Virus record (IMG/VR): IMGVR_UViG_3300030090_002105
Coordinates: 1 to 57,199 of that record
Origin: a virus
Lineage: Duplodnaviria; Caudoviricetes
DNA: 57,199 nt
Strand: one strand, 5' to 3'
In this document: piece after piece, positions 25,915-37,200 of the stretch
How the letters are laid out: each line of letters starts with the position of its first letter
Numbering within the stretch: the stretch's first letter is position 1
The notes under the pieces: model-generated
The model's input: only the letters and a program-made list of their open reading frames with translations
What the model was told of the DNA's origin: nothing
The model's database searches: none
Made by a program: the position numbers and the translations under genes

Positions 25915-26051
25915 GTTGGAGACAGCAGCAAGTAACAGAAGAAGAACAATTCAAGGAAGAATATGAAGAGTGGTTAGATAAGATGCAAAAGGAAGATGAA
26001 GAAGATCATTACCATGAGTATCTAGATTCTTTAAAGAAGGAAAGGAAATGA
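25911..26051 (+). CDS. Small acidic protein (46 aa), not in ORF track
   Basis: GGAGG SD; MSWRQQQVTEEEQFKEEYEEWLDK...; ATGA overlaps at both ends. Confidence 0.55.
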   Translation: MSWRQQQVTEEEQFKEEYEEWLDKMQKEDEEDHYHEYLDSLKKERK

Positions 26052-26479
26052 ATAAGATAGAGATGGCATTAAAGAGACCGTTCCCTGAGTCAAAGATTCG
26101 TTGGCGTAAGGGTGGAGGTGGCGCTGAGTTAGCGTACATCACAGCTCGAGATGTAATGGATAGGTTTGATGATACTGTTGGGGTTGCTAACTGGCAGACC
26201 AAGTACCAGTGGATTGGTGATCGTATGATCTGTGAGTTATCAGTTAAGATTGATGGTGAATGGATTACTAAATCAGATGGTGCCGATGATTCTAATATAG
26301 AAGGTGCAAAAGGAGGTATCTCAGACGCCCTCAAACGAGCAGCAGTTCTCTTTGGAATTGGAAGATATCTGTATCACCCCAATGCTTTTGATCGCAATAA
26401 GAAGGCTGCTGTGTGGGCTACACCGGAAGGTTTCGATGAACTAATGGAGAAGAGAAATGGGACTGGAGCGAAGGTATAG
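26048..26479 (+). CDS. sak: Rad52/Sak-family single-strand annealing recombinase
   Basis: L.RPF....I.WR...LAYITARDVMDRFD...W...KGGISDALKRAAVLFGIGRYLY. Confidence 0.88.
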   Translation: MNKIEMALKRPFPESKIRWRKGGGGAELAYITARDVMDRFDDTVGVANWQTKYQWIGDRMICELSVKIDGEWITKSDGADDSNIEGAKGGISDALKRAAVLFGIGRYLYHPNAFDRNKKAAVWATPEGFDELMEKRNGTGAKV

Positions 26480-26507
26480 TTGGAGATTTTAGATATAGGA
26501 GTATCTA

Positions 26508-27269
26508 ATGCATTGGTACAACAGAGAAGGTGAGCCTTGTCATTTCGTTAAAGGAAAGAACGGAAAGACTAGAGCAACAACGCTGAGAGATGCTAGGAAA
26601 CATGGATGGATGCCGTCTGTTACATCTGTCCTAGATATTTTAGCAAAGCCAGGGCTTGACAATTGGAAGATCAACAAAACTATTGAGGCTGCTGCTACAG
26701 TAGATAGAAGTTTTGCTGATGTTGACGTATGGAAAGCCAAGGTTATTGAAGAAAGCAAGCGAGAAACTGTAGAAGCATCTGAAAGAGGTAGTAGGATACA
26801 TGATATGTTAGAGTCCTGCTTTAAGAAAGAATTAGAGCCTTCCGGTGCAGATGCTGAAATCTTTAATGCGGTAGATGCACTATTAAAAATAAACTGTGGC
26901 GATCAAAAGTGGAGATCAGAAGAGGTAGTATGTAATCTTCAGAAAGGTTATGGAGGTATGATAGACTTGGTATCAGATGAATGGGTCATTGACTTCAAGA
27001 CCAAAGAATTCAATACTGGTAGCAAACAATTGGCATACGAATCAATGGCTTACCAATTGATCGCTTATGAAAGAGCATTGCCTGCACCTCCTAAAAGAAT
27101 TGCTAATGTATTTATTAGTGCAAACAATCCTGGAGTAGTAGTATTTCATGAGTGGAATAATGATGACTTAAATAGATACTGGACTATATTTGAATCATCT
27201 TTAATCGTTTGGAAAAATGTAAAGAAGTATTGGCCAGAAAGACACGGAGAAAACAATGAAAGGAATTAA
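26508..27269 (+). CDS. PD-(D/E)xK exonuclease
   Basis: PSVTSVL...ERGSRIH...GYGGMIDL...IDFKT...QLIAY. Confidence 0.8.
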   Translation: MHWYNREGEPCHFVKGKNGKTRATTLRDARKHGWMPSVTSVLDILAKPGLDNWKINKTIEAAATVDRSFADVDVWKAKVIEESKRETVEASERGSRIHDMLESCFKKELEPSGADAEIFNAVDALLKINCGDQKWRSEEVVCNLQKGYGGMIDLVSDEWVIDFKTKEFNTGSKQLAYESMAYQLIAYERALPAPPKRIANVFISANNPGVVVFHEWNNDDLNRYWTIFESSLIVWKNVKKYWPERHGENNERN

Positions 27270-27690
27270 CAAAGCAATCATCCTTGGCAATGTCTGGAAA
27301 GACCCAGTCATTCGTACCACTAAGAACGATAGCAAAATTGCTCAGGTTTCTATGGTAACTGAATCAGGATACGGAGAATACAAAAAAGCCGACTGGCACA
27401 ATGTAGTCTTCTTTGGTAAACAGGCCGAGGTAGTAGATAACTACGTAACCAAAGGTACAAATCTGTACGTTGAAGGATCAATTGATTATCGTAAGTATAC
27501 TGATAAGAGCGGTGTAGAAAAATACACAACTGACATTAAGGGTTATCAGTTGCAGATGATTAACAGTCCTGATGCATACAAGGAAGTAGAGGGGTCAGCA
27601 CCGGAAGGTAAGCGAGAGGTTCCAGCATCTGCTAAAGCAGAGATGGCGTCTATTAGCAGCCAGGTAGCTGCCGATGACATACCGTTCTAA
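27256..27690 (+). CDS. ssb: Single-stranded DNA-binding protein
   Basis: GINKAIILGN..KDP...WHNVVFFG...YVEG; C-terminal DDIPF tail. Confidence 0.93.
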   Translation: MKGINKAIILGNVWKDPVIRTTKNDSKIAQVSMVTESGYGEYKKADWHNVVFFGKQAEVVDNYVTKGTNLYVEGSIDYRKYTDKSGVEKYTTDIKGYQLQMINSPDAYKEVEGSAPEGKREVPASAKAEMASISSQVAADDIPF

Positions 27691-27889
27691 GGGTGAGCCT
27701 AGAGATGAGATCATCTATTTCCTTGCAAGACATATCTATGCTAATCCAAGAGAACCGATTTCTAAATTTAGTTCTTGGGCAGAATGTTTTAAACACCATT
27801 CTGGATGCACTTTGCAAGAGTACATGGAATATGCAAAAGAAAATAACCTAAAGGAAAAGTATATAAATGAGCGAAAAAATAGAAGTTGA
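27674..27889 (+). CDS. Hypothetical protein
   Basis: Packed between ssb and dut. Confidence 0.5.
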   Translation: MTYRSKGEPRDEIIYFLARHIYANPREPISKFSSWAECFKHHSGCTLQEYMEYAKENNLKEKYINERKNRS

Positions 27890-28331
27890 CTTGATGGACA
27901 TTGCTTACTCTGCGCCGGAAAGAGCAACCGAGTTCTCTGTTGGGTATGATATTTACTCAGCAGAGGACCAATGCATTAGACCGTTGGATAGAAAACTTAT
28001 CCGTACAGGATTTAAGTTACACCTTCCAGTAGGAATTGAAGCACAGATAAGAACCCGTAGTGGATTAGCAAACAAACATGGTGTATTTGTTTTAAACTCT
28101 CCAGGAACTATTGATCCTGACTATAAAGGAGAGGTAAAGGTATTGTTGTTTAACTCAGGTCCTACTCCATTTGATATTGAAAGAGGAGACAGGATTGCTC
28201 AAATGGTATTTTCTTATTACCTATCACCAGTTATTAAGGAGGGAGCTGCAGTAAGTTACATAAGAGGTGAAGGAGGTTTTGGTAGCACAGGTATTAATGA
28301 TATTAAATTGGATAAAGTGAATGAAATTTAA
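27867..28331 (+). CDS. dut: Trimeric dUTPase
   Basis: GYD, RSGLA, NSPGTIDPDYKGE, RIAQ, RGEGGFGSTG. Confidence 0.95.
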   Translation: MSEKIEVDLMDIAYSAPERATEFSVGYDIYSAEDQCIRPLDRKLIRTGFKLHLPVGIEAQIRTRSGLANKHGVFVLNSPGTIDPDYKGEVKVLLFNSGPTPFDIERGDRIAQMVFSYYLSPVIKEGAAVSYIRGEGGFGSTGINDIKLDKVNEI

Positions 28332-29958
28332 AACACAACTTGGTGAAGATATATTTAAAAATAAATATGCATCTACTGAATATGAGACATGGAGTGATAA
28401 AGCTCATGCCGTAGTCAACAGTGTATGCGGTGACTTCAATGGAGCCAAGAACAATCTTATGGAAAAGACTGAAAGGGATCAGCTTGCTCAGTACATTGCT
28501 GAGTTTAAGTTTATTCCTGGAGGTCGCTATCTATGGTATGCAGGAAGAGATGCTAGATTCTACAACAACTGCTACCTTCTAAGACTTGAGGAGGATTCAA
28601 GAGAAGAATGGGCTGGAGTTACGCAACGAGCAATGTCATGTCTTATGACAGGAGGAGGGATAGGTGTAGATATATCCAAAGCAAGGCCATCCGGACGGAG
28701 ACTAAAAAGAACAGGTGGTGTAGCATCTGGGCCTATTCCTCTGCTGTACACTTTAAACGAAGTTGGTAGGAATGTAATGCAGGGTGGTAGCCGTCGTTCT
28801 GCACTATACGGTAGCATGAACTGGCAGCATGAAGATGCAACACAATTACTCAAAGCAAAGAACTGGCATGATCAAATTGTTGGTGATACAACGCTAGCTA
28901 ACTTAAAAAAAGCAGACTTTAACTTTCCTGCTCCATTAGATATGATGAACATCTCTCTTAACTATGATGATGCGTGGTTAAAAGACCAAATGAATCCTGT
29001 GTTCATTGAGAATGTTAAGCAGGCTATGATGACTGGAGAACCTGGATTCTCATTTAACTTTGGAGATAAACAAAATGAAACGCTTAGGAATGCTTGCACA
29101 GAAATTACAAGTGAAGATGATAGTGATGTCTGCAACCTTGGCTCTGTTAATCTGGCGAACATTGAAACAATCGAAGAGTTTAGCGATGTGGTTAACCTCG
29201 CTAGTAAGTTCTTGGTATGCGGACTTATCAGAGCGCAACTACCGTATGAAAAAATAGCCAAGGTAAGGAGAGATAACAGCCGTATTGGCCTTGGTCTTAT
29301 GGGAATGCATGAGTGGTTACTTAAACGTAACTCTAGATATGAAATGACTGATGAACTAAAACAATGGATGAAAGTATATGAACGAGAAAGCAAACGATCC
29401 GCTGACCAGCATTGCGACAGACTTTTTCTCAAACGTCCTAAAGGCTACAGAGCAATTGCTCCGACAGGGACTATTAGCATCCTCGCCGGAACGACCTCTG
29501 GTGTGGAACCAATCTACGCCGTGGCATACCGCAGACGCTACCTTACAGATGGAACAAGATGGAAGCATCAATTTGTCGTTGACGGTACGGCCCAAGCCTT
29601 AATTGACGGAGGTATTAATCCAGATAAGATTGAGTCTGCTGTTGACTTGGCATCTGATCCAGAGCGTAGAATTAAATTTCAATATGAGCTACAAAAATAT
29701 GTGGATCACGCTATTAGCAGCACCATTAACCTGCCAGCATGGGGAACAGAACTAAATGGAGAACATACTGTAGATAAATATGCTACTACTATTGCTAAGT
29801 ATGCTAGTGGACTACGCGGTCTGACTGTGTACCCTGATGGAGCTAGAGGTGGTCAACCAATTACATCAGTGCCTTACGAGGAAGCCCATGCTAAGCGTGG
29901 TGTTATCTATGAAGACAACAGTGAAGAGCAATGCCTTAGTGGAGTATGCGGCATATAA
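28321..29958 (+). CDS. nrdJ: Ribonucleotide reductase, class II (adenosylcobalamin-dependent)
   Basis: FIPGGR, NNCY, NACTE, CNLGSVNL, IAPTGTIS and C-terminal CLSGVC. No NrdB gene anywhere in the genome. Confidence 0.85.
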   Translation: MKFKTQLGEDIFKNKYASTEYETWSDKAHAVVNSVCGDFNGAKNNLMEKTERDQLAQYIAEFKFIPGGRYLWYAGRDARFYNNCYLLRLEEDSREEWAGVTQRAMSCLMTGGGIGVDISKARPSGRRLKRTGGVASGPIPLLYTLNEVGRNVMQGGSRRSALYGSMNWQHEDATQLLKAKNWHDQIVGDTTLANLKKADFNFPAPLDMMNISLNYDDAWLKDQMNPVFIENVKQAMMTGEPGFSFNFGDKQNETLRNACTEITSEDDSDVCNLGSVNLANIETIEEFSDVVNLASKFLVCGLIRAQLPYEKIAKVRRDNSRIGLGLMGMHEWLLKRNSRYEMTDELKQWMKVYERESKRSADQHCDRLFLKRPKGYRAIAPTGTISILAGTTSGVEPIYAVAYRRRYLTDGTRWKHQFVVDGTAQALIDGGINPDKIESAVDLASDPERRIKFQYELQKYVDHAISSTINLPAWGTELNGEHTVDKYATTIAKYASGLRGLTVYPDGARGGQPITSVPYEEAHAKRGVIYEDNSEEQCLSGVCGI

Positions 29959-29976
29959 ATATAATGGAGAAATAGA

Positions 29977-30771
29977 GTGAAAGGGAAGAAAAATCTATTA
30001 GTAATACCAGATTGTCACGCAGCACCTGAGTATGACAACGATAGGTTCACAGCATTAGGTAAGTTCATAGTAAATAAGCAGCCAGATATTATTGTATGCT
30101 TAGGAGACTTTGGCGATATGCCTAGCCTCTCATCATACGATAAAGGAACTAAAGGGTTTGAAGGTAGGAGATACAAGAAGGACGTAGACTCTATACTAGA
30201 TGCCCAGGATAAACTGTTTGCTCCTATTAAGAAGTTCAATGAGAACAAAAGAAAAAGAAAAGAGAAACAATACAAACCTAAAATGCATATGTGTCTAGGA
30301 AATCATGAGGATAGAATAGACAGAGCAATTAACTCTGCTCCTGAACTTGAGGGCGCTATTTCAATGAAAGACCTACACTATGAAAAGAATGGGTGGAAGA
30401 TAACTCCATTTAAGGGATGCTTATCCCTGGAGGGAATAAACTTCTCCCATTACTTTACATCTGGTGTAGCAGGCAGACCTATTAGTTCAGCACACATTGG
30501 ACATCAATTAGTTTCTAAGCTGCACTGCTCAGCGGTGCAAGGACATTCTCACTTGTATAATCACGCAGAACAAACACGACCAGACGGTCAAAAGATATTC
30601 GGGCTAAGCGCAGGATGCTTCTCACATCCACACTACTCAGAAAGTTGGTGTAGAGATACTGAATACAATTGGTGGAGGGGAGTTGTTACTTTAAACGGAC
30701 TAGATGGGGAGGGATATTACGATGACATTCACGCTGTAACTCAGCGCAAACTACTGAGGGATTACACATGA
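29977..30771 (+). CDS. Calcineurin-like metallophosphoesterase
   Basis: IPDCH, LGDFGD, LGNHE, QGHSH. Confidence 0.85.
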   Translation: MKGKKNLLVIPDCHAAPEYDNDRFTALGKFIVNKQPDIIVCLGDFGDMPSLSSYDKGTKGFEGRRYKKDVDSILDAQDKLFAPIKKFNENKRKRKEKQYKPKMHMCLGNHEDRIDRAINSAPELEGAISMKDLHYEKNGWKITPFKGCLSLEGINFSHYFTSGVAGRPISSAHIGHQLVSKLHCSAVQGHSHLYNHAEQTRPDGQKIFGLSAGCFSHPHYSESWCRDTEYNWWRGVVTLNGLDGEGYYDDIHAVTQRKLLRDYT

Positions 30772-30914
30772 AGCCTTGTCCTTTCTGTGGTGCAAAGCCA
30801 TCAATAGGCAAGTTCTTGCTAGGGTGTGCAAAATGTTCTGTATTCTTTAGCTTTCATCCCAAGGTAGAATCTCAAAAAGAATCCGCCATTAAGAAGTGGA
30901 ATAACAGATGTTAA
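30768..30914 (+). CDS. Lar-family (restriction alleviation-like) Zn-finger protein, 48 aa, not in ORF track
   Basis: MKPCPFCG...CAKC...ESAIKKWNNRC. Confidence 0.65.
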   Translation: MKPCPFCGAKPSIGKFLLGCAKCSVFFSFHPKVESQKESAIKKWNNRC

Positions 30915-30974
30915 AAGATACTATATACTTAATACTATGGTACGCAAGTTATATATTTTTCTCATCATGTCTTG

Positions 30975-31235
30975 TTATGTTGTTTCTTTAAAATCTTTTA
31001 TTAGCCCCCCTGTAACAAGGGGGGTTATTTTTTTTACACAACCATTCGGTATTACAGTAATACCAAACCACTCATTATCCTCATCCTTTGTTGTTGCTAT
31101 ACGCACCTCTTCATCATCATGATTAATAAGGTATCCGTATGACCAAAACACTGGCATCTTAGTTTCCTCTGACTTTTCCCACCCAGCCGTAGAAATAATA
31201 TCCAACCACTCTACTTCTACATACTTATAAGACAT
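30975..31235 (-). CDS. Small conserved phage protein, last gene of the late arm
   Basis: VEVEWLDI...GW...SYGYLI...IP.GCVKKI. Confidence 0.65.
   Translation of the reverse strand: MSYKYVEVEWLDIISTAGWEKSEETKMPVFWSYGYLINHDDEEVRIATTKDEDNEWFGITVIPNGCVKKITPLVTGGLIKDFKETT
31002..31035 (+). terminator. Intrinsic terminator of the early/replication arm
   Basis: TAGCCCCCCT-gtaaca-AGGGGGGTTA followed by T8, at the convergent junction. Confidence 0.75.
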
Positions 31236-34200
31236 CTTTTACCTTTGCATAAGCATTCTGCATCTCTTGTAATTCTGTCTGAATCCTAAGAGCGTTAGCT
31301 GTATATTCAGATATTAATCTTTGTCTTTGTTCTTCGCTTATGTTAGGGTCTTTTAAAAGCTTTTTAAGTCTTGAAAAAGTTTTATTAACTTCTAAACTTT
31401 TAAAGTAAATTTTTCTTTGAGCAGTTTCGTCACTGAGCTTAGAAAAGTTAAATCCAGCCCAAGATATTAACGACTCTGGTACACTATATTTAGGAAGTCC
31501 ATCAGCATCAACATTACCATCCATAAAATCAACAGCCATCATGGTTTTAATTAACTGCCCGCCATTGCCAATAACATCACCAGATTTATTTCTAGGCATA
31601 AACATAGGAGGCATCATATAACTAAGAAGGAATGCAGTCATATCTTGGTACTGCTGCATTGGAGGGTCAGCATCATTTGTAATTTCTTGTTTAGTAAATG
31701 GATCGACATTAGTTAACATACCTATCGGAGCCCCCATCCACCCTCCAAAAAATCCTGGAGCAGCAGCAGCCTCTCCAAACTCGCCTTGATAAAGATTCTT
31801 CATCATGTTTATATGAGCTCCCCACGGCAAGAAGTATCCCATATCAAACACCCTAATCCTACCATCTTGATCTTTCCAAGGAAGTATAAGTGACGTTGCA
31901 TTCTTCTCCATGTAATCAGCAACAAGTTTTTTCATCTCTGGAATGTCATCCTCTTCAAGCTCGGAATTATTTTCAAGCAGCATTTGAGCAACTACATATG
32001 GAATAGCGGCATACTTAGCAACAGCAATAGGATGATTCTTCATATTTCTAACCATCTGAGAGGCTGCTTTAAGATTAAAAGTAATAAATGGAGAACCCAA
32101 AGGCATTGTTCTTATAACCCTTACGGCTTGAGATACATTACTATAATCAAGAAGAGCTTCGTTAGCTAGTCTTGCCGCTTCAGATTCAGACTTTCCATGA
32201 TTCTCCATAAAGTCAATCATCTTAGCTACCTTAAACATAACCTCTGTCTTCTGGTAAGTCCTACCAAATACATCCACATAATCATTAAAGAAAACTTTTG
32301 ATCTTGCCCACATACCGCTCCAGCTATCCTCTTTAGCTTTTATCTTATTAAATTGAGCATCAATATTAACAAGCTCTTCAGAGGTAAATGTGGTGCTTTC
32401 AATTCCATACTTCCTAGCAAGCTGAGCATACTTTCCATCGCTTGCGATGTCTGCAATAGCTCTACTTATTAATCCAGGTATCTTTAAAAAGTTTGTGCCA
32501 GATACATCCATCAAAACTATATTTGATATAATATTTCTTGCCTGCGTAGGAATGTTCATTGGAACTTTTGTATATTTAAATACCTTCTGCGCCTTTGCAG
32601 AATAAGCCAATGCACCGTTAAGAAATTCATTATTAGTATAAAGCTGTTCTGATCCAATCACATCATTAATAATTTCTTTTCTAACATACAGCCCACGCAT
32701 AGCTCCATAACGAGGATTGTTAGGAACTTGTTTATACTTTTTAGAATCAGCTACAATTTTATTAGCAGTTACCTTATCAATTTCTTTTTGGATTTCATTA
32801 GCAATTTTTTCGTATGAAATAGCTTTTTCGTTATTGTTTAGTCCTCTCTCCTTTGCTGCATTCCTCATTATTGCACTAACTTTTTCATTCCAAAACCCAA
32901 CAGTTCCTTCTATATTATCGTATTTAACTATTTGATTTGGAAGAACCCAGCCATTATTACCTGTATCAGCAGCCAAAAAAGAAAGGTAATTGATAGTAGC
33001 TAAATCAGCTCCCGCCATAGATACGTATCTTCCCGCCAAGAAAGCAGGGTCTTCTATTCTACCATCAACAACATCCTTTAAAAAGTTTTCATGAGCAGAC
33101 CTAACCTTTGTGTAATTCATTTGGCTAGTTCCAATACCCATAGGTATCCTGTCACCTTTCTCAAGATATTCAAAGTATACGCGAGGAAGATACTTACCCC
33201 TCCACTGAGAATACTGGTCTTGTGTAATAAGGCCAGCAGCAACTAAATCAGAACCAAGTTTTTCAATTTGTTTCTTAGCCTCAACAACTGAATCCCTAAT
33301 AGATTTTTCTTCTGATAACCTTCCTGTCCCCTTGGTTCCGCTAAGAACGGTAGGAAGTTTAGCTACATTAACTTTTCTATTTGGGAGTTTATCTGGAGAT
33401 GCATCCCTTGTTTCAAAGTATTTTATTATCTCCTTCTTTTCTTGAGGAGTAGCTTGAAATATAACATCAAATATAACTCTGCCTTGATTATGCCATTTGC
33501 CTATCTCACCTTTGGTAAGCATTCTTTGAGTCTCTAATTCATCGTATCCTTCAAGAGTCATCAAAGGTTCAACAGCTCTTTGCAAAGTTTTTATTGCTTG
33601 TGTTATTTTTCCTTGCGCTTTTCTTGTGTTAAATCCCTGCTCCTTAGATGCATCATTAATCTTCTTCATTATTGGAAGATTTTTAGATGGACTTTCTGAT
33701 GCAATCCTAGCATCCTTTATAGCATTTACACCAGAAGTAAATGTAAATGAACTAGAAGCTTTAAACTGATCTTCAGACAAAAGAATGTAACTTAAATTTC
33801 CAGGGTCTTCAGATTTATTTACATATTGTATTGAATCATAACCTAAAGATTTTAACGCATCCCTATACTCTGAAGAAAACTTAACAAATCCGTCATAAAT
33901 TTCTCTTGAACCTGTAAATGGTTCAAGCTTTTGAGTCCATTCATTTGCTACAGAAAACAATACTTTATAATCTTTATCAGAGATATTGCCATCTCTCATC
34001 ATTTTGTTTAGTTCGTTTCTCCAAGCTTTCGGACCAGCCCAATGCCCAATGTCATCAACTCCTGTAAATGGATTAGTTACTTTAATGTATCCTTCTGTAA
34101 GCTTTTCTGATTTACCATCTACTATTTTAAGAGCTGCCTTCATTGTTCCAACATGAAGCCCCATCTCTGTAAACTCTAATATGGGTGCTGACCAGTTTTT

Positions 34201-37200
34201 TTCTGATCCATGATAAACTGTACCCTTAACCAATGAATCCTCAATGAATTCATTCCTTGCTTTTGTTTGAGCATCTGCAAGATATCCATCAGCTGCTGAT
34301 AAGTATTGCTTCGGCTCTATATATTTTTCGACAACGTCATCTATGGCTTTTTCTCTTGAGGCATCAAACATCTTCGCCCTTTGAATTAAAGTAGGCATTC
34401 TTTCAATGACTACACCAGCCATAGTATTAAAGATATCATCAACAGTTACGTCTGGTATACTATCAACATCATAGGCTTTAAATATTCTTATAAAGAATTT
34501 TTTAAATGCATCTTTAACCCTCTTCATAAGAGAGGCTCTTTGAAGGTCTAGCTCTTGGCCCTTATACTCAAGCATATGAGCAAGAACTTCTTCCCAAAAT
34601 ATATTATCTTCCCCAATAACTTCTATCGGATTCTTTCCATCCTTTGTTCTAAAACCATAAATAATTTTTCCATAGCCCATAAGGTCAGCAGATACAGGCT
34701 TAGCAAAATCTTTGTATATATCTTTGTAGTTGCTAGCTACTGCATCAAAAGCAGAAAGAACATACATATCTCCCTGTTTATGAAGTCTGCGAACCTCTTT
34801 TATAATTGCAGAAAATTCATTTGAAGACAGCATACTTCTGCCAACGTGGGCCCCAATCTCATGCCATATAAGCCCTCTTATCATATCAGGCGTAACATTA
34901 TCTTTAACTATATTTTCAGGAATAAAAGTAACTGAAGCATTATGAACAAAAGCAGCTGTATCTTTAAACTCTCGTTTTGATTTATTATGTTCTGCGGCAG
35001 CTTGTTTACGACTTAATATCTTAACAAATCCTGTGCTAAACATTTCATTTGTAGCACGAACACCAAATATTTTTTTAAGCTCTTGCCTTATAGATGATGC
35101 AACCTCATCTTTAGAGAACAAAACTTCACCAGATAGGAAAGGTTCCTGTTCTACTGAATCGGAGTCTATTCGTGACTCTTTATACTCTGTAGATATAATA
35201 CCAGTGTCATCATCAACTGTGTCTATATAGGGAGAGTTGTCTTCTACTGGTTCGACATCCTTAATTATGTAGGATTTAATTGCAGCTTCAATTTCTTTTC
35301 TTGTGCCTTTTTTGTTGTAAACAAATGATGGATCGGCTTTAAGTATATTATCAGCAATCGTTCGTAACTCGCTGATTTCAAACCCACCTTGGCTTTTAGT
35401 CTTTGATATATCTTTAAGGGCCGTGTTGGTGTCCAACATTTCTGTCCAGTATTCTGGAGTTAGTTTAACAGCCCTGTTTTCTGCTGTTCTCCTAGCAGTT
35501 TCTTCAGCCTCAGCTGCTGCTTCCGCCCTGATTTCCGCATCACCATCATCCCAGGTCAGCTCTATTAAAGCACTGGGATCGTCTGTTTCAGCAAACTCCT
35601 GCTTTGCTTCACTAGCTGCAATAATAGCATCAGCCTCTTCATCGCTAGAATATTCATCAATAGGTTCTGGATATGCTCTATTAATCTTATTACCAAATAT
35701 ACCATAGTCTGATGCTACAATTCTTTCTGCTTCTTCCTGTACTTCTCCAGCAACATCTACTGGCTCAACCAATTCTGTAGGAGCAGCCTCTTCTTTGGGC
35801 GCTATGTACTTAGCATAAAGAGCATCATACAAATCCTCTTCAGTAGTATTTTCATCATATGGGATATCGTTATTCTCAGCTATCTTTTGTTTATTTTTAT
35901 CTAGAGATAGTCTAAATGAATCACCCTTTTTCCCCGTGCCTGCCAACAAAGCTCTTGTCCCTCTTCCCAAACCCTTAAGGAATTCTCCAGTATAAGTCTT
36001 TCCTTCCGGCCTTGGAACAAAGGCATTACGAGCTTTCTTTTTCTCCCTATTAGCTACAAATTCAGACATCTTATCAGCATAAAGAACAGCATCTTGCTTG
36101 TTAGGTTCTCTCCTTATAACAGTACCTTCAGACTCAACTATAAAACTGTCAGGATTTTCTGGGTCTTCATAAACTATAGCCTCAACCCCTTGAGGATTGG
36201 GAACGCTTGACTCATACTTATCAAGCTCAATACGGGTAGTTGTTGCTTTTGGAATAACAGTTTCAAAAGTATCTTCATCAGAAACAACAGCATCATCTAC
36301 CAGTTCAGCCTGTGTCATGTCTGGGGTAACAGTAGTAGTATCAACTACTGGTGTATCAACACCCTGATCAACATCTTCTACAGTAGGACCAGTGTCATCT
36401 GTTCCTGCTTGGAATTCAGCATCAGCTTCTTGATCTGCTGTTTCCCTAGCTACAGTTGCTTGCTCTCTGGCTATCATATCAGCAATCTGTTGATCCTGAG
36501 TTTGATCTTCGTCAACATCTGTTACTGCTATGTCAGGTGGGGTGGTAGCTTTATCTCTTGGTTTATTAGCACTGCCAGACTGATCTTTATTATAATTGAC
36601 CCTTCTAAGAGGAATGATTACTTCTTCTGATCCAGTTCTAGCATCAGAAATAATAGAATCTTTACCTTTCGATTTATCAAAATCCTTAACCCTATCTCCC
36701 TTTTTGAAAAATACATCTACCTCTATTTCTCCGGTAGTTCCTAACTCTTTAGCAACCAAAGCTCTACCACGCCCCTCATGCCCAACTACCTTTAATCCAT
36801 TATCTGTAATTTCTACATCTATAAATGGAGGGGCAAAAGTTCCACCCTCTTCTGCCAAGTTACGCAAAAAATCTAAACTATCTGAACCTTCAGGCTTAGC
36901 ATCTCTAGATGGATTTAAACTAATAAACTCATCAAGCGTCATTGTAACCACAATGCCTTTAGATTCTTCATAAACTGGATAATTTCTATCAGTAGAATCT
37001 CTTTGATTTGGTACTAATCCTGCTGGTTCTTCTTTATTTTTTTCTACATCCCTTGTAAATACTACCTCACCCTGTGGGGTGGTAGCGGGTGCAGCTTCCG
37101 CGCCTTTAGCGGCGTCTGGAACTACTGTTTCTTGTGCTGCTGCAAATGATTCCTCGTCATAAGGTAATCCCTGCTCTTGCAACTCAACAGGACTAAACCC

